This document shows, one piece after another, positions 57,430 to 64,000 of a DNA stretch of 64,000 nt. The stretch covers positions 47,851 through 111,850 of the forward strand of contig MFOC01000003.1 of assembly GCA_001782235.1 (NCBI GenBank), in the 5' to 3' direction. The position numbers were made by a program, and so were the translations under genes. Each line of letters begins with the position of its first letter. The stretch's first letter is position 1. The notes under the pieces are model-generated. The model had not been told where the DNA came from and ran no database searches. It saw only the letters and a list, made by a program, of their open reading frames with translations. Origin of the DNA: Candidatus Levybacteria bacterium RIFCSPHIGHO2_02_FULL_40_18 (GTDB lineage: Bacteria; Patescibacteriota; Microgenomatia; Levybacterales; GWA1-39-11).

Positions 57430-58209
57430 TCAATGGCCTCCGGCTTTATTTCCAACACCAAGCATGTAAACCACGGTTTCATCAAGGCCGTCAACGTCAA
57501 GCAATCTATTTACATTATCGTCCATATATCCGCCCACGCCGCAAATTCCTAAACCTAGTGCACTTGCGAGTAAATAAAAGTTCTGCGCCAAATGTCCCGC
57601 CTCCACCAAAACGTGTCGGTACCCTCTGTCCCCATATTTTATGGTATTTCTTTTAAAAATTGCGGTAATTATTATCAAACATCCTGCGTTTTTTGCAAAG
57701 GGAACCGATGTAAGCAATTTTAGATTTTTTTTCTTAAAATCAGTCAGCTTTTCAAGACTGTTCGTCTTAACATAATAGTGGTACACACCTTTTGGCAAAT
57801 CCATATTTAAAGATAAGATATAAACTTCAAGCGGGAAACGTGCGCCACCTGAGGGATAAAATCTTCTTTGGGCAAAATCCGAATTTTTGTTAAGTCCTGC
57901 GCTGTAGTATAAAAAGCTATTCAATTCCCCAAGACCTATCGGCTCTTTTGAAAATTCACGTGTCGATTTTCTATCTCTAAGCGCTTGCGCAAACGTAACT
58001 CTTTTGCTAAATGTGGGTTTTGGGAGTCTTATTTCTTCAAATCTGGCATATCCCTTATAGTAAATTGTCCCCCATTCCTTGGGCCAAGATGGCCTGGGCA
58101 GATTTCTGGCCAGTTTTTTAATCTTGGTTTTTGAGTGGAATTTCTCAAACTCGGCAGTGGGCTTTCCCAGAAGGCCGGCGATATTCTTTACACGTGTGGT
58201 TTTTTTCAT
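57430..58209 (-). CDS. SagB/ThcOx-type dehydrogenase
   Basis: RKSTR, RRFYPSGGARFPLEVY, KYGDRGYR..LVEAGHLAQN. Confidence 0.93.
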   Translation of the reverse strand: MKKTTRVKNIAGLLGKPTAEFEKFHSKTKIKKLARNLPRPSWPKEWGTIYYKGYARFEEIRLPKPTFSKRVTFAQALRDRKSTREFSKEPIGLGELNSFLYYSAGLNKNSDFAQRRFYPSGGARFPLEVYILSLNMDLPKGVYHYYVKTNSLEKLTDFKKKNLKLLTSVPFAKNAGCLIIITAIFKRNTIKYGDRGYRHVLVEAGHLAQNFYLLASALGLGICGVGGYMDDNVNRLLDVDGLDETVVYMLGVGNKAGGH

Positions 58210-59480
58210 AAAAACGGATGAGGTATCGGATTCGGCCCCTCGTATTTTTTGCCGAAAAAGTCAGCTATCTCTCTGAGTCTTTTTGGGTTGATAACACGGC
58301 CTTTTTCAACCTCTCTCAAGTACAGCGGCTGAAGCTGGGGCATAACGACCTTATATGCCCAAAAGCCCAGCTGCTTAAATATTCCCGGTGTGATATCGAC
58401 AGCATATAAATCAAGACTATGACTTTTAAGAATACTTATAGCCAAATCTAGCTCTGCCTTTTTTGATTGTCCACCAAAGCTTTTGGGCATATGATGAGAT
58501 TTTGAGCTGGAAAGAAGAAATTGGATGTATTTTAAAGTTTTGGGATAGATCCAATACGCCGCTCTTTCGGAAAAAACATCGGTTCCTTTGAGGTTATCCC
58601 CAACTAGAATGGAACCGTTTTTCAGCATCCGCTTTACAAAATTTCTGACCATAAAAGACTCTCCTATTGCGCCCAGAACTGCGTCAATTTGGGAAAACCC
58701 TGCCTTTGCGCCCGCAGACACCGCGGGACCAAAACCGCTTCTGTCAATTAAAACTGCACAATAAACGGGAATGCCAAGATCGCAGGTAATATCTAAAACA
58801 TAAAGCTCAAGTTTATATCTGGCGCACTTTTCCAAAACCAATTTGACAGCTTTATTGCCCAAAGCTTCAAGGTCAACTTTTGGGGGGGTAATTTTGTTAA
58901 GATAGATTGTCATAAAACTATCTCTTTCTATTACTTCGTAGATGCCATTTAGTAGCGCCTGCTCCCTGCTTCTTCCAATTGCACCCCCTGTGCTAATGCT
59001 TGGAAAGTCTAAAAGCGGTTCCCCTTTGTTATTTCTTAAGAAGTGAAGGAAGATTAATTGTGCAGGTATATAACACTTCTTGCCGGTCATCAAATTTACT
59101 GCCCCAACCCAGCCAAATTTTCTATCTATCAGTTCTGGCCTTTTTGTAAAAATTGTCGGATTGACGAAAAACCTAGGATTATCGCTGAATCTGCCATATC
59201 TTATCGAGTCTTGACTATAGGCATCGAGGCAGAACCTCTCCATTGCCTCAAATAAAGACTTAAAAAGCGCGTCTTTGGGAGAATTGATTGAAAAGCCCAA
59301 ACCGGAAAAGAAAGCACTGCCGACAATGAGTTTTTTTTTGTGCCTCCTGCCTATTTTAAATACGCATTGATAATTAAGGAATTTAGGCTCATCATAGAAC
59401 TCAGCAACTCGTGTTATTTGGGGGCTAAGTTCCAATTCATTAAGTTTATCAAGTATCGAATAAAAGTCCGAAAGCTTCAT
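58206..59480 (-). CDS. YcaO cyclodehydratase
   Basis: EAMERF, IPAQLIF, STGGA, GIYEVIERDS, C-terminal PNPIPHPFL. Confidence 0.93.
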   Translation of the reverse strand: MKLSDFYSILDKLNELELSPQITRVAEFYDEPKFLNYQCVFKIGRRHKKKLIVGSAFFSGLGFSINSPKDALFKSLFEAMERFCLDAYSQDSIRYGRFSDNPRFFVNPTIFTKRPELIDRKFGWVGAVNLMTGKKCYIPAQLIFLHFLRNNKGEPLLDFPSISTGGAIGRSREQALLNGIYEVIERDSFMTIYLNKITPPKVDLEALGNKAVKLVLEKCARYKLELYVLDITCDLGIPVYCAVLIDRSGFGPAVSAGAKAGFSQIDAVLGAIGESFMVRNFVKRMLKNGSILVGDNLKGTDVFSERAAYWIYPKTLKYIQFLLSSSKSHHMPKSFGGQSKKAELDLAISILKSHSLDLYAVDITPGIFKQLGFWAYKVVMPQLQPLYLREVEKGRVINPKRLREIADFFGKKYEGPNPIPHPFL

Positions 59481-59572
59481 CAGATTGCCATATATATTAT
59501 CAATTAAAAGTTGACCTGTAAAGAATGAATAAAATCAATGGCCTTTTGAAAGAGTTCTTAAATGCATAAGTT

Positions 59573-59714
59573 TTACCAAGGATAAAAGCTTTTAAGGGCC
59601 TGGCTAAAACTCAGGCGAAACTTGTTAAAAGCAGGCGCTATTCTTTGCGGCCAGCGGATTTCACCCTCCCCATAGCGTCTGCTTTTAAAGAGGAAATTGT
59701 TGGGAAACACACCG
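59573..59714 (-). pseudogene. Diverged duplicate of the last 142 bp of the arylsulfotransferase gene
   Basis: Collinear with 60465-60606 (FPNNFLFKSRRYGE). Confidence 0.85.
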
Positions 59715-59716
59715 CT

Positions 59717-60142
59717 TCATTCTAAACTCCTCAGGTACTGCAAAAATTGCGCAGGCCTCATAGTTATAATGTTTAAATCTTCTTTTATCTTATCGGTGTT
59801 GAAATCTTTTTGATTATAAGTGATGAGAAATTTAGCTTTTGACTTATATGCTCCCGCTACGATATGCGCGTCATTTGAATCTTCAACAAAGTTATTATAT
59901 TTTTCCCTTATTTTCTTAAGTGAACTTTTAATCTCAATCTTTAAGAATCTTCTCTCAATAAGCTCTTTCAGGTCTTGCTCTTTTATATTCAGTTCTTTTG
60001 ACACCCTTTTTAACTCCTCCAAAGATATATTTGAAATAAAACGATTGGCACCGCTTTTATGAATAAGGGAATAGGCAGCGCCTGTTTTTGACAGAAGAGA
60101 AGAAATTACAACATCTGAATCAATAAAGACTGTTGGGGTCAT
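59717..60142 (-). CDS. PIN-domain toxin
   Basis: FIDSDV, D..DAHIV, LITYNQKDF. Confidence 0.88.
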   Translation of the reverse strand: MTPTVFIDSDVVISSLLSKTGAAYSLIHKSGANRFISNISLEELKRVSKELNIKEQDLKELIERRFLKIEIKSSLKKIREKYNNFVEDSNDAHIVAGAYKSKAKFLITYNQKDFNTDKIKEDLNIITMRPAQFLQYLRSLE

Positions 60143-60146
60143 TTAT

Positions 60147-60410
60147 TTAAGCCGCCCGGGCTTTTTTAAGATATTGCCGCACGCGCGGTATAACTTTCAT
60201 GTCTTCTTGTTCTTTAGAAAATAAATCATAGTCAAGCCCTGTGATCATAAATGATACGGAACTTGCGGGAATTCTATACACACGGCCAAGTTTTTTAGCA
60301 ACAATCTCCCCTCGAGCGATAAGCTCATAAACCGTATTTTTTGATAATTGAAGGGCCTCGGCAATTTGTTCGGGGGTATACATTTTTACAATATTAGCAT
60401 TACTTATCAT
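60147..60410 (-). CDS. HTH_17 (excisionase-like) DNA-binding protein, probable antitoxin
   Basis: YTPEQIAEALQLSKNTVYELIARGEI.AKKLG..YRI. Confidence 0.82.
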   Translation of the reverse strand: MISNANIVKMYTPEQIAEALQLSKNTVYELIARGEIVAKKLGRVYRIPASSVSFMITGLDYDLFSKEQEDMKVIPRVRQYLKKARAA

Positions 60411-60464
60411 GACTATACTATACTAAACTCAACTAAACTTGTCAATAGTCAACTCCAGACCTTT

Positions 60465-61793
60465 TTACCTGGGGTAAAGTTTGCCAAGGATTTGATGCAG
60501 GTTATATGTAAACTTATTAAAAGCAGGCGCTATTCTTTGAGGCCATTTGATTTCATCCTCCCCGTAGCGTCTGCTTTTAAAGAGGAAATTGTTGGGAAAC
60601 GCACCGGTTTGTTTTGTGGTATATGGACTTACAATGTCCCATACAACCTCACCTTTGTTGGTTACTTCGAATATATGTCCCCTAGTCCCGTCAGTGATTA
60701 GCGTATTTCCATTTGAAAGTCTTTGCGCGCCCCCTACGATTGGCGCATAAAATTTAATTTTGTCAATTGGCCCCTCTCCTGCATCAAACTGCCATACAAC
60801 TTTGTTTGTTTTGGGGTTCACTTCAACTGCCCTTGATCCGAAACTCGGAAATGGCGCCGGGAGCCTATCATACCCGTTATCAAATACAAGAATGTTTCCG
60901 TTTTCAAGCAATGTCGGGTCATGCTGAAGGCTGAACATTCCTTTTGGAGATCGCCAGATTATTCCCCCGTCTTCTTTTCGAATTATATAAACAGTACTAG
61001 TTGTCCGCATGCTTAAAAGATACGCAGGTGTGCCATCGATAGGATTTTTTTCCATATACTTCAACCCGTTAGTGTAGGTCCATCCGTACCGAGGCAGAAG
61101 CGGGGCAATTACGTCCATTTGCGGATCCATATGCTCATATGAGTGCCAAGACCAAACAGTCTCTCCTTTTCGATTTATCTCGACTATATTATCCGACCAA
61201 ATGAGACCGCCTTCCCCGCCGGGCCGGAGACCCTCTGGGCCGGAGGCCATCTCTGTACCATCAACGCCACCTTGAATTTGCCTTGCGATCTCAGGTGGTG
61301 TTTTCTCCCAGAGAGCAAAAGCAAGGTTTCCGTTAGGCAGTATTGCGACATCATGATGCATTGCCTCATTCTTATATTCCCAAACCACATTCGATTTCCA
61401 GTCAAGTTCTTGAATAATTCCGGTATTGCCTCCCGGAGGGAAAAACTGGCTATATTTTGGCTGCTCCATTACCGAGAGTAATTTCCCGTCAGGCTCAAGA
61501 ACCGAGTACAGAACCTGATGATTGGTTGTCCATGTATGTACGGGGTAGCCCGCCATATCGAGTAAATAAACTTTGCCCTCGATTTTTGAATCGCTTAAAA
61601 GACGGTTATATGGAGAAATTAACGTGTAGCCCGGAAAGACCTTTTCCTCATCGAGAATCGGCAGTGATTTAAAGATGCTGTATGAATTGTCTATGGGTTT
61701 GAAAACGAATATGAAAGTCAGTATGTAAACTGCGCCTAAAATCAATAGAATATAAAGAAGTTTTTGAGGAGGATTAAAACCTTTGTTTTCCAC
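60465..61793 (-). CDS. Arylsulfotransferase (ASST)-like protein
   Basis: HHD...PNGN, QHDP..LENGNILVFDNG, GAQRLSNGNTLI. Confidence 0.85.
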   Translation of the reverse strand: MENKGFNPPQKLLYILLILGAVYILTFIFVFKPIDNSYSIFKSLPILDEEKVFPGYTLISPYNRLLSDSKIEGKVYLLDMAGYPVHTWTTNHQVLYSVLEPDGKLLSVMEQPKYSQFFPPGGNTGIIQELDWKSNVVWEYKNEAMHHDVAILPNGNLAFALWEKTPPEIARQIQGGVDGTEMASGPEGLRPGGEGGLIWSDNIVEINRKGETVWSWHSYEHMDPQMDVIAPLLPRYGWTYTNGLKYMEKNPIDGTPAYLLSMRTTSTVYIIRKEDGGIIWRSPKGMFSLQHDPTLLENGNILVFDNGYDRLPAPFPSFGSRAVEVNPKTNKVVWQFDAGEGPIDKIKFYAPIVGGAQRLSNGNTLITDGTRGHIFEVTNKGEVVWDIVSPYTTKQTGAFPNNFLFKSRRYGEDEIKWPQRIAPAFNKFTYNLHQILGKLYPR

Positions 61794-61868
61794 GTTTTAA
61801 TACTAGATTATAATTTTTCGGTTTGCAATAGTATTTTTGTGCACGCGCAGATATATGGGGAAATTGGC

Positions 61869-61945
61869 AAAAAAATAGGGGGGTGCATGAAGAGTTTTAT
61901 CGCCAAAAAGGCTAGTTCGTAAACGAACACTCAACGCACACCCCC
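61869..61945 (-). terminator. Branched GC-rich stem followed by a U-tract
   Basis: Minus strand gggggtgtgcg...tgcacccccc then tattttttt, with inner gttcg-ttta-cgaac. Confidence 0.6.
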
Positions 61946-62008
61946 AAAAGGATTGCGAAACTAATCAGCGCGATCGCTGGGTCGTAAAAGAAAGGTTACC
62001 GGCGGCGG

Positions 62009-62800
62009 TCAGGCTGCTGGTATGCAGAGCTTGAAGTTACCCTTCGAGGTAACTTGGCCTTGGAACGTGATCTGTCCATCGAGCGAGCCATCGGCCTGTT
62101 GGGTGAATACCACCAGGGGAAAACCACCCGAGAAAGATAGTAAACCACCCGGGACAATCAGAAGTTTCCAGTTCGTAATCGCGATCTTGTTGCCGTTGAA
62201 GAAGTACGTTACCTTCGAAGACGCGATGTCGTTGATGACGACTACGGACTTGCCGATGCCTTGATCTTTGGCAGGACCACCTGGAATAACGCCTGTGCTC
62301 TTCCACTCGCCTTCATAAACTCCTTCCGGAGCCTGTACACTGGTTATGACCTTGAGGTCGTCCTTGGTAAGCGAGGGGATCGTCTGCGGGACGCTACAGG
62401 TGGTGGTACCGACGGGCGGGTATGCTGAACAGGCTCCCGGCGTGATCTGGAACAGACCTGTCATGCCGACGCCGTTCTTGAACTGGTTGACGAGACGGAA
62501 GGTGTACTTGACGCCCGGCTTGAAATCTCCGATGAAGATACTGTTGTCCGTGACGCCGACGTCGTAACGCTTGTACGCGCCTCCTGACGATACCTCAAAC
62601 CACTGTTTGGTGGCGGCGGGGTTACGAACCCAGCTGAAGCTAACGTCGACAAGTCCGTCAGCCTGACATTGTTCCCATACGCCGATTCCGGATCCCTCTG
62701 CGCTGGCCGTCTCGACCGGGTTACCGGGCAAGATGCTTGTGCCGAATGCGGCGATGGCAATCGCTGCGACGACAACCAAAAACTTGTACTTGTTGAACAC
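62009..62800 (-). CDS. Secreted protein with an FN3-like domain (GC-rich island 2)
   Basis: GGAGG SD, signal peptide, W...FKPGVKYTFRL. Confidence 0.7.
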   Translation of the reverse strand: MFNKYKFLVVVAAIAIAAFGTSILPGNPVETASAEGSGIGVWEQCQADGLVDVSFSWVRNPAATKQWFEVSSGGAYKRYDVGVTDNSIFIGDFKPGVKYTFRLVNQFKNGVGMTGLFQITPGACSAYPPVGTTTCSVPQTIPSLTKDDLKVITSVQAPEGVYEGEWKSTGVIPGGPAKDQGIGKSVVVINDIASSKVTYFFNGNKIAITNWKLLIVPGGLLSFSGGFPLVVFTQQADGSLDGQITFQGQVTSKGNFKLCIPAA

Positions 62801-62860
62801 TTGAGTGGTCCTCCGTTACTACTTCCGTAGCGGACTATAAGTATTGTTGATTCGGACGGG

Positions 62861-62938
62861 CTACAACCTCCTATCAGGACTATTTCGCGCAAAGCGATGT
62901 CCTACTTGCTTCCTTAGCAGTTTGCGTAGATTGATCAT
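62861..62938 (-). CDS. Basic 25-aa peptide
   Basis: AAGGAGG SD; MINLRKLLRKQVGHRFARNSPDRRL. Confidence 0.35.
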   Translation of the reverse strand: MINLRKLLRKQVGHRFARNSPDRRL

Positions 62939-63134
62939 GATGCCCTCCTTGTTCTTACGCTCCTGTTCGACCATCCTTCTTTTGTTTTAATTTTCCTTTC
63001 TATAATTATGTATTTCTACCGGTTTCTACCCTTCCGCAAACAAACCAACAGTTTGTTTGAAGAGCGGTAGAAACAAAGCCTCATACATCCGCCAGCTGGC
63101 GGAGAAGCTTTTTGAAATACACTTTCACAATCAG

Positions 63135-63147
63135 TTATTAATGTGCA
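63135..63147 (-). promoter_or_regulatory. boxA-like motif in the island 2 leader
   Basis: TGCACATTAATAA, downstream of an extended -10 (TGaTATAAT near 63199-63207) and upstream of the hairpin at 63022-63074. Confidence 0.4.
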
Positions 63148-63345
63148 ATTTACAATTCAACCCATGCTTGTAGGATGATATGTAAACTTCAATTCAGCAT
63201 TATATCAGAAATTTATAAAACTTCTTACAATAATCAAATAATCCCTAATGGAAAAACTCAGAAGCCTGGGTTATTAGTAAATCGTAAAGATTCTAGTGTA
63301 ATCTCACTTACAAAATTTTTGTAGCGGAAAGTACTGATATGAGCA

Positions 63346-63561
63346 TTGCGAATTGATTTAATCTTTCATAGAATGAACATTAAAAAGTTCACATCAAATT
63401 ACGGATTCATAGAATGGCCTGACATAAATTTTGATGAAATTAAAGATTATTATGTTGAGAACAAGACGGCACGAGTTCTTTATAAGGGGGTGATTGCTTT
63501 GCTTTTTACTCCTCAAATTATCCTCCAGGCTTTTTTGATAATTTTAAAATTCAAAGCATAA
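63346..63561 (+). CDS. Small hypothetical protein or gene fragment
   Basis: ORF only, hydrophobic C-terminus. Confidence 0.3.
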   Translation: MRIDLIFHRMNIKKFTSNYGFIEWPDINFDEIKDYYVENKTARVLYKGVIALLFTPQIILQAFLIILKFKA

Positions 63562-63631
63562 TATGAGATATTTATGCAATTCACCATAAACGCTTGACAT
63601 TTATCTATTCTAATCTTTTCGAACATAATAT

Positions 63632-64000
63632 CTACTCATAATTAGTCCACTCCTTTAAGAATTTATTGAGAAAATTTTGAGTGAATTTATGCTTTTCTTT
63701 CGCAATTTTCCTCCCGGTCTTAGTATTCATTTTGTCCTTCAGCAATAAGAGTTTTTCGTAAAAATGATTAATAGCGGTGAAACTTTTTTTGTAATCGCCA
63801 AAACTTTTATGGAGGACCGGTTTAACGGTCGGATCGAAAAGCGAGTGTTTAAAATATGCGCTTGTTGCAAATACGCGGGCCAACCCTATTGCACCAAGCG
63901 CATCAAGGCGGTCTGCGTCCTGAACTATTTTTCCTTCTCTGCTTCTCATTTTATTAGGTACATTTGCTCCCTTAAAAGACACATTATCAACAATATGCTC
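63632..64000 (-). CDS. HD-domain phosphohydrolase (YedJ-like), 5' end outside the window
   Basis: IVQDADRLDALGAIG.AR, HFYEKLL.LKD.MNT. Confidence 0.88.
   Translation of the reverse strand, partial: EHIVDNVSFKGANVPNKMRSREGKIVQDADRLDALGAIGLARVFATSAYFKHSLFDPTVKPVLHKSFGDYKKSFTAINHFYEKLLLLKDKMNTKTGRKIAKEKHKFTQNFLNKFLKEWTNYE

Noticed and set aside
45062-59480. Thioamide-forming or thiopeptide YcaO systems
   Set aside because: No TfuA, lanthipeptide-type dehydratase or pyridine synthase; SagB partners and PHPF C-termini point to azoles.
60147-60410. Prophage excisionase
   Set aside because: No integrase or phage genes; it is directly coupled to a PIN gene, which fits a TA antitoxin.

Overview
This 64-kb window looks like a Patescibacteria/CPR (Microgenomates-like) chromosome segment. 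That placement is inferred from gene content, near-leaderless genes and REP-like inserts in proteins; the code is standard table 11. About 1-26 kb is mostly housekeeping and cell-surface genes (LysM-M23, rho, radA, S1, pth, gpmA, M50 protease, glycosyltransferases, a large surface protein), interrupted by a GC-rich island of short ORFs with strong Shine-Dalgarno sites (5.1-9.0 kb). About 26-62 kb is a surface-glycan modification region (O-antigen ligases, GTs, Thr-type sulfatase-like enzymes, carbamoyltransferase, arylsulfotransferase) that has taken up many cassettes. The main result is two paralogous YcaO + SagB (azole-forming) RiPP loci, each with its own candidate precursor. Locus A (43.0-46.6 kb) has a Pro/Cys-rich precursor, YcaO, SagB and an M16 peptidase inside 46-bp direct repeats. 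Locus B (52.9-59.5 kb) has YcaO, SagB, a membrane protein, a YxxP-leader Cys/Ser/Thr precursor, an S26 peptidase-nucleotidyltransferase fusion, an HprK-like kinase and a PqqD/RRE, but no lasso cyclase. A third operon (kinase, oxidoreductase, phosphatase, RRE-like radical SAM/SPASM) lies between 84-bp perfect direct repeats. Cassettes, including several toxin-antitoxin pairs, repeatedly sit between duplicated gene ends. Heptamer-repeat elements linked to four-helix-bundle genes, and short palindromes, are inserted in frame into many proteins. No rRNA, tRNA, CRISPR array, integrase or transposase was recognised. All product calls come from motif recognition by eye, not database searches.
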